Shown one piece after another: positions 1 to 8,960 of a DNA stretch of 64,000 bases. The stretch is taken from assembly GCA_050950765.1 (NCBI GenBank), contig JBMNIF010000002.1, positions 992,001 through 1,056,000 of the forward strand, in the 5' to 3' direction. Positions within the stretch are counted from its first letter, which is position 1; each line of letters begins with the position of its first letter. Position numbers and translations under genes: made by a program. The notes under the pieces are model-generated. The model had not been told where the DNA came from. It saw only the letters and a program-made list of their open reading frames with translations, and ran no database searches. Origin of the DNA: Bdellovibrionota bacterium (GTDB lineage Bacteria > Bdellovibrionota_C > UBA2361 > JAAYZI01).

Positions 1-31
1 TAAAATTCGTTGATGTAAAATCTAAATTATT

Positions 32-1357
32 TTACGACAAGGAGTGTTTTTCCGTGAACCTATACCAGAGCGGTACCCTTAAAAATTGAGAGATAGTTTT
101 TCCGTCTTCCAAAATTTGCTCTTTACCGCCGTAGGAGATGACATTGAAACGAGAGGTGTCATTCAGAACTAAATTAATTTCGTGACAGAAGTAAAAAACA
201 TCGTTTGGAGAGTCACTAGAGCGTACCGCATGAGATGTAATCTGAATCGCTTTAATTGTTTGTAAAGCGAAGAGATTTTTTGATTTAGGGTTTGTTACGT
301 TGTTAGGAGGTTTAGATCCTTCCCAATAGTAGCCCAACCTTTTATCGAAATTTTTTACTCTAGTAAGACCGTGTGAGACTGCCACTATAAAGGGGAGGAT
401 AATAAAAAAAAGTATACCGGCAGCAGCCATAAGGAACTCGGAAGTATTCATGCCGATAAAAAAAAGTGTTATTCCTAAGATACCAAAGATGAGAAAAAAG
501 ATCTTACAAAAATTAGTAGGTTTATATTGTAAGAGGTAGTCGTCTTTTCTAATTAGATTGTGAGTTTTGAAAGTTGAACTAAACCCCGTTGCTGGAGTCC
601 AATCTATTCTCTTACAGAATGGATCCGTTATCTGTGAAATGTTTTCATCACAATATTCGTCCGGCTTGTCACTCATTTCGTCGTTCAAAATGTAGTCCTT
701 GAAAGGATCTTCAGTAGTAGCTGATGAGTAATTACAGGAAGCCTGATCCCTAAAGTCAGCGTAGGTCTTTAAATGGTAGCCTAGATCGGGCTTTCCTTCT
801 GTGTCAATGACTCCCTTTTTGAAAAAAACCCCTTTAATTAGCACTATTTCGAGTATAAGTAAGATAAGTCCGAAAAGTGTAACGACCACTGCAATGGGTA
901 GGTTTAAGCCATCTAATATCTCTGATTTTAAGATCGAATCGGAATGGTCTAACGGATTGTAAAGAACATCTACAGCTGATCCTTGTGGATACTTAGCGAT
1001 GAATTCTTCAGCCGCTGCTTTTTGAGAAACTGTTTCTTTTGAGGGGATAAAGTTATCAGATCTTGTAACTCCGTTAATAGTATATTCATAAATAATGACA
1101 GGACGATAAAGATGAAAGGTGTCGCCGCATGGAGAGGAACCAAATTCCTGTCTTATGTTTGAAGATAGGACATGCCCCTCTACATGGGAGTATTTTTGAG
1201 CATGAACACCTCTTGAAACAACTTGATATAAGTTGTTTTGTAATAAAAAAGGGAGGATGTCAGGGTTAAGCATAAAGAGAAGAAGGAGTGGCAATATAAA
1301 TAGTTGTGTAATAAGAAAAGCGGTAACTTTATGAACTTTATAATTATGAACTCCCAT
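32..1357 (-). CDS. Membrane protein with N-terminal DUF3592-like domain and a second uncharacterised membrane domain
   Basis: 441 aa; TM helix, then 'VEGHVLSS...YRPVIIYEYTING...YPQGSAVDVLYNPLDHSDSIL' typical of DUF3592, then further TM segments. Confidence 0.6.
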   Translation of the reverse strand: MGVHNYKVHKVTAFLITQLFILPLLLLFMLNPDILPFLLQNNLYQVVSRGVHAQKYSHVEGHVLSSNIRQEFGSSPCGDTFHLYRPVIIYEYTINGVTRSDNFIPSKETVSQKAAAEEFIAKYPQGSAVDVLYNPLDHSDSILKSEILDGLNLPIAVVVTLFGLILLILEIVLIKGVFFKKGVIDTEGKPDLGYHLKTYADFRDQASCNYSSATTEDPFKDYILNDEMSDKPDEYCDENISQITDPFCKRIDWTPATGFSSTFKTHNLIRKDDYLLQYKPTNFCKIFFLIFGILGITLFFIGMNTSEFLMAAAGILFFIILPFIVAVSHGLTRVKNFDKRLGYYWEGSKPPNNVTNPKSKNLFALQTIKAIQITSHAVRSSDSPNDVFYFCHEINLVLNDTSRFNVISYGGKEQILEDGKTISQFLRVPLWYRFTEKHSLS

Positions 1358-1764
1358 GTCTATCTGTGTCGGATTTTTTCTAACGCCACTAAAGTTTAAA
1401 ATTAGTAAATACTTAAAGGGTAGATTAAAACGGAAGTTGTAAAACAGAGTGTCTATTAAAAGTTATTCAAACAAGATTTTTCCGTAAGAAATACGGTACT
1501 TAAAAGCAAGGTACCCTCTTTTAGCCTTAGCGCAGAACGTTTTTGGTGTGAGCATGCGGGGGGGGGGAGGGTTTTTTTAGAAAACGAAAGATCCTTATTT
1601 TATAGTAGGTGTTTTGACTTTGGTAGATCCGGATCAGGAGCCTTAAATTTAAAGTGTGTTGTGACACTGTATTTATTTGTTCTGTTTCGTGCTAACATAT
1701 TGGGCTGGTGTTTCTCGATAAGGATATTTTAATACACTTAGAAGTGAAGGGGAGATTCTTAAAA

Positions 1765-2631
1765 ATGAATGAAGCAGATCTCGCTGCTCTCTATGAGGCG
1801 CAGCGGTCGGAATTAACAGAAAATAAAGTTTATACGTTATTGGCAAAAATTGAGAAGGATCCTGACAATAAGAAAGTCCTCTTAAAGTTGGCAGGAGAGG
1901 AGGGGAATCACGCCAAGATTTTAGAAAAATATACCAATAAGAAAGCTTCGTTGAAGCCTTTGACCGTTTTTAAGTTTTATTGGTTGGCACGAATCTTAGG
2001 GGTTACATTTGCAATAAAGTTGATGGAAAGGCAGGAGGGGAACGCTGAAAACTTTTATGCTAAGTTTACAGAATATCCGGAGCTGCAAAAAATAGCACAT
2101 GAAGAAAATAACCATGAAATGCACCTCGTCGCTATGATCAATGAAGAGCGTTTGGAGTATATGGGCTCTGTGGTGCTCGGGTTAAATGATGCTTTAGTTG
2201 AATTTACAGGTGCCTTAGCAGGATTTACCTTAGCTTTAAATGATGCTCCGCTAATTGCACTTACGGGGAGTATTACGGGTATCTCAGCAGCTCTCTCTAT
2301 GGCATCATCGGAATATCTTGCTACTAAATCAGAAAATGACGATACCAAGCATCCCGTTAAAGCCGCCATCTATACAGGAATCGCTTATATTATTACGGTA
2401 GCTATCTTAATCTCGCCGTTTATCTTTATAAGTAATGTTCTGTTAGCGCTTGCTACGATGTTGGTTTTTGCGTTGATAATTATCGCACTGTTTAATTACT
2501 ATTACAGTGTGGCGCGTGGTGAAAGTTTTAAAAAACGTTTTTCAGAGATGGCGATATTGAGCTTCTCCGTAGCTGGTATCAGTTTTCTTATCGGATATGC
2601 TTTAAAGTGCTTTACCGGTATTGAAGTATAG
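1765..2631 (+). CDS. Rubrerythrin-like/VIT1-CCC1 family iron transporter (MbfA-like)
   Basis: N-terminal ferritin-like EExxH motifs (EEGNH, EENNH); C-terminal 'VLGLNDALVE...SMASSEYL' VIT1 signature; ATG 1765 follows GGGGAG. Confidence 0.85.
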   Translation: MNEADLAALYEAQRSELTENKVYTLLAKIEKDPDNKKVLLKLAGEEGNHAKILEKYTNKKASLKPLTVFKFYWLARILGVTFAIKLMERQEGNAENFYAKFTEYPELQKIAHEENNHEMHLVAMINEERLEYMGSVVLGLNDALVEFTGALAGFTLALNDAPLIALTGSITGISAALSMASSEYLATKSENDDTKHPVKAAIYTGIAYIITVAILISPFIFISNVLLALATMLVFALIIIALFNYYYSVARGESFKKRFSEMAILSFSVAGISFLIGYALKCFTGIEV

Positions 2632-2776
2632 CTCTGATCCGTTATTTTGTGATCTATATATTATCAAATATTTTTTTATGATTTTCAAACTTGACGAAAA
2701 CTTAATAGTTCGGTAGCAAGGGGGCTAAAAATTCCCCCGATTCAATAAAAACGTAAATATATATAATGGGATCTTT

Positions 2777-5044
2777 ATGGATTGGTATCTTGTCGCTGTT
2801 ATCTTACTCCTTGCCTTCGCTGTTTTAGATCTGATCGTTGGTGTTGCAAATGATGCAGTTAATTTTCTAAATTCTGCTCTCGGGTCAAAAGTAGCTCCTT
2901 ATGTTGTTATTATGACCGTCGCCAGTTTAGGCATCATCTGCGGCGTGCTTTTTTCGAGTGGCATGATGGAGGTCGCTAGAAAGGGTATCTTTAACCCTTG
3001 GCAGTTCACGATGCCTGAGCTCATGACAGTTTTTTTCGCCGTTGTTTGTTCGGATATTATCTTGCTCGATATCTTTAATAGTCACGGCTTGCCGACCTCT
3101 ACAACTGTAGCGATCGTCTTTAATCTTTTGGGAGCATCAGTTGCCGCTGCTTCGATTAAGATCTTTGCTAAGGGTGCAACACTTGCAGAGCTAGGAGAGT
3201 ACATCAATAGTGAAAAAGCGTTAGTTATTATCTCTGGTATCGTGCTTTCTATCGCAGTAGCTTTTTTCTTTGGTGTGATAGTGCAACTTTTATCACGCTT
3301 ACTCTTTACCTTCAATGTTGAAGCTAAAGTAAAACGGTACGGAGCTCTTTGGGGAGGGCTTGCCTTAGCCTCCATCACCAGATTTATCTTAATCGATGGC
3401 GCTAAAGGCACGTCTTTTATGACACCTGAAAATTTACAGTGGCTGGAAAATAATTCCCTCCTTGTTTTAGGGTTAGTTTTTGTGGTTAGTGCCATCATTT
3501 TAGAGGTGCTGATCTGTTTAAAGGTTAATATATTTAAACCCATCATTCTAATCGGAACGTTCGCTTTAGCTCTATCATTTGCGGCTAATGACTTAGTTAA
3601 TTTTATCGGGGTGCCTTTAGCAGGGTTATCTGCATACTTAATAGCGCATTCTACGCCGAATCCGTTAACTGTCATGATGGATGATCTGGCAAAACCGGTA
3701 CAGACGCAGACATACTTTTTATTGACTGCCGGAATTATTATGGTTGCGACACTCTGGCTTTCCAAACGTTCAAAAACGGTTTCACAAACGGAGATTAACT
3801 TATGTCGTCAAGATGAGGGGATAGAGCGTTACGAATCAAACGCCGTAGCACGTGCTATCGTGCGAGCGACAACGCAGTTTTTGGAGGTAGGGAAGGTCTT
3901 GTTGCCGAAACCTCTTTTGAAAGCGGCACAACGTCGTTTGGATACGACGTGTGTTTTAGAGCGTGAAGGGGTGGCTTCGTTTGACCTCTTAAGAGCTTCC
4001 GTTAATTTAATGGTTGCCAGTGCGATCGTTTCTTTTGCAACTTCATTAAAGCTTCCGCTTTCAACGACTTTTGTAACATTTATGGTCGCTATGGGTTCCT
4101 CTTTTGCAGACCAAGCTTGGGGCAGAGAGTCCGCTGTTTATCGTGTGGCGGGCGTTTTGACAGTTGTTTCAGGTTGGTTTGCTACGGCGCTCTTTGCTCT
4201 CGTAGTTTCTTTTATCTTCACTATTATTATTCATTATCTCGGAGTTGCTGGGGCGTTTGGTATAGTTTGTCTCCTCGTATGCTCTTTATACCGCACACAT
4301 AAAGCACACGGCAAAAAAGAGAAAGAAAAAGAGGCTGAAGAGGTTTTTAATTTAAAGAAATTAAAGGATCCGCAGGAGGCAGTTTCAATCACCTTTCAAC
4401 ATACCGCAATTTTTATTGCAGAGATTAGAAGTGGTTTAAATGAAACGTTAGAAGCTCTGTTTGCGGAGAACCTTTCCGAATTAAACGCTCAAAAAGCAAA
4501 GGTTAAAAAGTTACGTAATTGGTCGAACATTATTACTGCAAATATCTTTAAATCTCTACGCATCTTGGAGTCGGCAGATAATGTTGAATGGCATAAATAT
4601 ACACAGTCTATTCGTTGTTTGCAGAGTATAGCAGAAGGTTATGGAGATGTAGTAGCACGCTCGTATACTCATATCCGCGATCAACATAAAGGTTTGTTAG
4701 CTATTCAAATTGAAGAAGCAAGGGGGCTAATAACTCTTTTTAATGAGATCTTGCAAAATGTAGAAACAATGCTTTCTCAGGATCAAGCTATTAGATACGA
4801 TGATGTTCTTAAGCAACATGAAGCGTTACGTAATGCTATCGATAAGATCAACGCTATTCAGATTGAGCGGATAAAAGATCGTTCTTCTAAGACGAGGTTG
4901 AGCATCCTTTTTTATGCTGTGATCGGGAATATGCGTCGAATATCTAGACAAAATTTACGCTTACTAGAGATCTTTCAAGAATCTCTCTTGGGTGAAGTCG
5001 TAAAAGAAAAAGATGGTGGAGCTGAACCACTTGAATCAGTCTAA
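2777..5044 (+). CDS. Inorganic phosphate transporter (PiT family) with C-terminal helical PhoU-like region
   Basis: GVANDAVN, GLPTSTT, AANDLVN and LPLSTT PiT motifs; long soluble helical C-terminus. Confidence 0.85.
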   Translation: MDWYLVAVILLLAFAVLDLIVGVANDAVNFLNSALGSKVAPYVVIMTVASLGIICGVLFSSGMMEVARKGIFNPWQFTMPELMTVFFAVVCSDIILLDIFNSHGLPTSTTVAIVFNLLGASVAAASIKIFAKGATLAELGEYINSEKALVIISGIVLSIAVAFFFGVIVQLLSRLLFTFNVEAKVKRYGALWGGLALASITRFILIDGAKGTSFMTPENLQWLENNSLLVLGLVFVVSAIILEVLICLKVNIFKPIILIGTFALALSFAANDLVNFIGVPLAGLSAYLIAHSTPNPLTVMMDDLAKPVQTQTYFLLTAGIIMVATLWLSKRSKTVSQTEINLCRQDEGIERYESNAVARAIVRATTQFLEVGKVLLPKPLLKAAQRRLDTTCVLEREGVASFDLLRASVNLMVASAIVSFATSLKLPLSTTFVTFMVAMGSSFADQAWGRESAVYRVAGVLTVVSGWFATALFALVVSFIFTIIIHYLGVAGAFGIVCLLVCSLYRTHKAHGKKEKEKEAEEVFNLKKLKDPQEAVSITFQHTAIFIAEIRSGLNETLEALFAENLSELNAQKAKVKKLRNWSNIITANIFKSLRILESADNVEWHKYTQSIRCLQSIAEGYGDVVARSYTHIRDQHKGLLAIQIEEARGLITLFNEILQNVETMLSQDQAIRYDDVLKQHEALRNAIDKINAIQIERIKDRSSKTRLSILFYAVIGNMRRISRQNLRLLEIFQESLLGEVVKEKDGGAEPLESV

Positions 5045-5186
5045 GTACTGTCCCTTTAAAATGTTTTATTTGTAATTACGCTGCCTTATGTTAATGAATG
5101 GGCTAGCGAGGTAAGGTTTTTGCGCCTCTTGCAGCGGGATTGTTATCTAAGATGAGAAAAGTCGGTGTTAAAATACAGATAGAGAG

Positions 5187-6554
5187 ATGAAATTTATAAT
5201 TGTCGGTGCAGGAAATGTAGGACTTGGATTGGCTGAACGGTTGGTTAGTAACCAACACGATGTGGTTGTAATCGAAAAAAAAGAGAGTGTTGTCCGTGCC
5301 ATCCCTAATTCTCTTGATATCCAAGTTATTAAAGGTAATGCCTGCTCAACTCAAGTTTTGTTAGATGCTGGTTTAAAAGATGCAGACTATTTAATCGCTG
5401 CTAGTAATAACGATGAAGCTAATATCTCGGTTTGTCTACTTGGGAAATTGATCAATCCCTTACCGAAACGGGTTGTTAGGTTACATAACGTCGATTTTCA
5501 TAAACGTATTATAGCTGAAGAAAAATTATCGGAATATTTTGATCTGATTATCGATCCAGATCAGGCCGGTGCAGAGTACCTCTTTCGTCTTTTAAAAGTA
5601 GTGGGGGCGCGAGATGTTGTAGAGTTTGCTGAAGGGAAGTTGATCGCTCTTGGCTTGGAGATAAAAGATGGTGCTAAAATCGCTGGTAAAAAACTGGGCG
5701 CTCTAAAAGGGATGATTTCAGATGCTCCATTTCTGGTTTTAGGTGTAGTACGAGATCAGAAGTTAATGATTCCATCTGGAAAAGATCGTCTGCGTGTAGG
5801 AGATATCGCATATATCGTTACACCTTTAAATAAAACAGAGACTATTTTTGATCTGTGCGGACAAAAGTTGGAATCGCCTAAATTTATTGTGATTTGGGGT
5901 GGCTCAACCTTAGCGCTTAGTTTGGCTGATATGTTGGAACACACCTCCATTCAAACTAAGATAATAGTGCCGGAGGTAAAAGACGGTGGTTTGTCGTATT
6001 TGGATCGCTTTAAAAATGTTCTAATTTTGCAGGGCGATGGTACAGATATGCAGCTTTTAATGCAGGAGAATATTGCAGATGCTGATGTTTTTGTTGCTGC
6101 AACAAATGATGAAGAGAGTAATATTTTAGGTGCTATTTTAGCAAAGAAATTAGGTGCAACCTCAACTATGGCGATGGTCAATAAGAGGGCGTATCTCTCA
6201 CTCCTTTCAACTTTAGGTGTTGATTGTGTAGTTAATTCTAGAATTGCCGCAGCTTCTTCTATCTTCAGATATCTCCACGCTGGTTCTGTGCTTTCAGAGC
6301 TTTCAATGGAGCAAAGTAATGCTGGGTTCGTCGAGATAGAAGTTTCAGAGAGATCAAAATTAGCCGGAAAATTAATTCAAGATCTGGTATTCCCCCCCAG
6401 AATTTTAATCGCTGCTATTGAAAGGCAAGGAGAGGTTTTAATCCCGACAGGTGCTGATGAAATTCTTGTCGGTGATGTCGTTGTAATCTTCTTATTTAAA
6501 ACAGAGATGCGTAAACTGGAGAAGATACTACAAGTTAAGTTGGAGATGACTTAA
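5187..6554 (+). CDS. trkA: Trk system potassium uptake protein TrkA
   Basis: 455 aa with two RCK N/C modules; GAGNVG Rossmann motif; ATNDEESN. Confidence 0.9.
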   Translation: MKFIIVGAGNVGLGLAERLVSNQHDVVVIEKKESVVRAIPNSLDIQVIKGNACSTQVLLDAGLKDADYLIAASNNDEANISVCLLGKLINPLPKRVVRLHNVDFHKRIIAEEKLSEYFDLIIDPDQAGAEYLFRLLKVVGARDVVEFAEGKLIALGLEIKDGAKIAGKKLGALKGMISDAPFLVLGVVRDQKLMIPSGKDRLRVGDIAYIVTPLNKTETIFDLCGQKLESPKFIVIWGGSTLALSLADMLEHTSIQTKIIVPEVKDGGLSYLDRFKNVLILQGDGTDMQLLMQENIADADVFVAATNDEESNILGAILAKKLGATSTMAMVNKRAYLSLLSTLGVDCVVNSRIAAASSIFRYLHAGSVLSELSMEQSNAGFVEIEVSERSKLAGKLIQDLVFPPRILIAAIERQGEVLIPTGADEILVGDVVVIFLFKTEMRKLEKILQVKLEMT

Positions 6555-6622
6555 TAAAAAAGCTAGAAAAAGAAAGATATCTCTGGTTAGTTAATAGAGC
6601 GTTTTTATCTTTATATGTTGAA

Positions 6623-6658
6623 GTTGTGCGTGACATTGTTTAAAAGGTCACGCACAAC
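6623..6658. terminator. Hairpin between convergent trkA and ndk
   Basis: Perfect 12 bp inverted repeat GTTGTGCGTGAC / GTCACGCACAAC. Confidence 0.7.
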
Positions 6659-6671
6659 GCCCTCAAACCTA

Positions 6672-7418
6672 TTACTCGTTAATCATATATTTAGCAGCAA
6701 TAGACTCAAGTGGTGTGGTAGGTGTTTTACCTGCGATAATCGCTTCTAACGCAGCTAAATCAGATGCCCAAACGGTGTCACCTGCTGCAACTAAACAGGT
6801 AGAACCTTTTTCCCACTTCTGAGTTAGTTTGCCGTTATTGTAGTAATAAAGATCTTCGGCAGTTTTAGTGGCGTACTGTCTCATAGCAGGTTGAACATCA
6901 TTCGGTTTGAACCAAAGTTTAATTTCACGTTCAGCGTCTGCGGTATTGGCAGAAGCGTGAATTAAATTATCCATCCTATCACCGATGGAGTTGCCCGCTT
7001 CATCTTTCAGAGGAACTACTGTTCCAAGTGCTCTAATACAACCTGGTTTGGTATCTCTTGCAACGTGAGGATTGGTGGGACCGCAGATAGCACGGATCTT
7101 TGCAACCGCATCACTACCTTGATAAATCAGAGCGATAACACGTCTACGATCTGCCTCTGCTTCGGAATAGTGTAACTTGCCGCAGATGTATTCAAGTAGG
7201 GAGGGGAAAAAGACTTTGCCCTTATGTTCAGCATAGTGCTCTTCGGCGAGCATCTTTGAAACGCTCACTACTTTAGCTCCGGCAAAATATAAACCGGTAT
7301 GAAATTCAGAAAGTTGAGAAAGAACATAGCCGGTTAAAGAATTACGCATAGCGTCCGGCTTGATCAAAACAAGAGTCGATTGTGTATCTGTATTTTGCAT
7401 TTTATTAACAAGCTCCAT
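6672..7418 (-). CDS. ndk: Nucleoside-diphosphate kinase, long form
   Basis: TLVLIKPDA, HYAEHKGKVFF, GPTNP...PGCIR, NLIHAS catalytic His; ~75 aa C-terminal extension. Confidence 0.9.
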   Translation of the reverse strand: MELVNKMQNTDTQSTLVLIKPDAMRNSLTGYVLSQLSEFHTGLYFAGAKVVSVSKMLAEEHYAEHKGKVFFPSLLEYICGKLHYSEAEADRRRVIALIYQGSDAVAKIRAICGPTNPHVARDTKPGCIRALGTVVPLKDEAGNSIGDRMDNLIHASANTADAEREIKLWFKPNDVQPAMRQYATKTAEDLYYYNNGKLTQKWEKGSTCLVAAGDTVWASDLAALEAIIAGKTPTTPLESIAAKYMINE

Positions 7419-7616
7419 ATTTGGTAAAAAACATGATAGAGTAAACGGTAATACTATTTTTTTACAAAATCAATGTAGGCGGCATTTAAGTTAAAAGGAG
7501 AGGATAGATCGCTCCATCCTGATGTAAATGAATTCAGGTAGATCTAATACCTTTACTTGATACAATAACGATCTTTAGAGACCCCTAAAAAACGGGATGA
7601 ATAGCTTTTTTACTTT

Positions 7617-8570
7617 TTAGAGCTTGTTATTTTCCAAAGCCCATTGATAACTGATCTTTAAGCCATCTTTTAATGAAACTTGTGGAGACCAGCCTAGCGC
7701 TTTTATCCTGTCAACATTGAGTAGCTTACGGGGGGTGCCGTCAGGTTTACTTGTATCAAAGGCGATCTGACCCTTAAAGCCGACAACTTCAGCGATCTGT
7801 TGTGCCACCTCTGCAATAGTGCAATCTTCACCTGTGCCGACGTTAATTGTTTGCGGCTCCTCGTATTTTTCCATTAGTGTAAGTAGACCTTCTGCTAAGT
7901 CATCAACAAAGAGGAACTCGCGTCTCGGAGTGCCGCTCCCCCAGATAGTGACCGTATCACTCTTTTTTATCTTTGCATCATGAAACTTTCTGATTAGTCC
8001 TGGTATAACGTGAGAGTGCTCCGGATGATAATTATCACCTGGTCCGTACAAGTTGGTAGGCATGGCGGAGATAAAACGTTTTCCGTATTGAAGTTGCAAC
8101 TTTTCACAAAACTTCAAACCAGAGATCTTAGCTAAGGCATAACCTTCGTTTGTTGGCTCTAGGGGACCTGATAAGAGCGAATCTTCTTTAATCGGTTGTG
8201 GAGCAAGACGGGGATAGATGCAGGAACTTCCTAAGTAAAGCAACTTCTGCACGTTACTATTAGCCGCTGCATGTAAGACGTTTAAGGATATCTGCATATT
8301 CTCATAAAGAAAATCTGCCTGATACCGTTGATTAAAGAGGATACCGCCGACCTTTGCCGCAGCAACAAAGACATAGTCGATCTCCTCTTCCTTAAAAAAA
8401 GCATTAACATCAGCTTGATTGAGTAAGTCCAGTTCAGCGCGTGTGCGGCTAATAATATTACAGAAGCCGTGTTTCTTTAATGCTCTAACGATAGCCGATC
8501 CAACTAGCCCTGTATGTCCTGCAACGTATACCCTTGAAGATACTTCCATGTCGTACACCTTATAAGTCAA
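7617..8570 (-). CDS. fcl: GDP-L-fucose synthase
   Basis: AGHTGLVGSA, AAKVGGI, LGSSCIYP, YALAK, MPTNLYGP, KPDGTPRK. Confidence 0.95.
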   Translation of the reverse strand: MTYKVYDMEVSSRVYVAGHTGLVGSAIVRALKKHGFCNIISRTRAELDLLNQADVNAFFKEEEIDYVFVAAAKVGGILFNQRYQADFLYENMQISLNVLHAAANSNVQKLLYLGSSCIYPRLAPQPIKEDSLLSGPLEPTNEGYALAKISGLKFCEKLQLQYGKRFISAMPTNLYGPGDNYHPEHSHVIPGLIRKFHDAKIKKSDTVTIWGSGTPRREFLFVDDLAEGLLTLMEKYEEPQTINVGTGEDCTIAEVAQQIAEVVGFKGQIAFDTSKPDGTPRKLLNVDRIKALGWSPQVSLKDGLKISYQWALENNKL

Positions 8571-8960
8571 TTAAACTTTGATATAAGCACCCTAATAAAT
8601 TACCTTTAGAGATGAAAAATATGATAAAGCAAAAAAGTAATTACTTAAAGCCTAAATTCCCAAAAAAGTAATTACTTAAAGTATAGATGTTGTTTAAGAG
8701 GGTGAACGATCTAGAGCCTCGTTATTTAACACTGTTTTATAAAACTTATTGAGTTAACTTTTGTTATTCGAGTAATTTTTATATCTAGTTAAGGTAAAAT
8801 CGTACAGATAGTAAAAAGTAACAGGTTTATTTTATATTCTGTTTTAAGTATCATGCGGAACATTGTAGTAAGTTGTAGAAGAAGTGCCACGTTAGTTATA
8901 GCGTTGTTTTTTTAGCTGTTTATTTTTTATACCGGCAGAGGTTTTGCGGGCGGAGGAGAA

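Noticed and set aside
1558..1567. G10 tract as phase-variation switch
   Set aside because: Intergenic with no demonstrable promoter overlap; shorter G/C runs occur elsewhere; needs read-level length variation
8631..8681. 20 bp direct repeat AAAAAAGTAATTACTTAAAG as operator
   Set aside because: Contains palindrome AAGTAATTACTT but is very AT-rich with no assignable regulator; may be another local duplication
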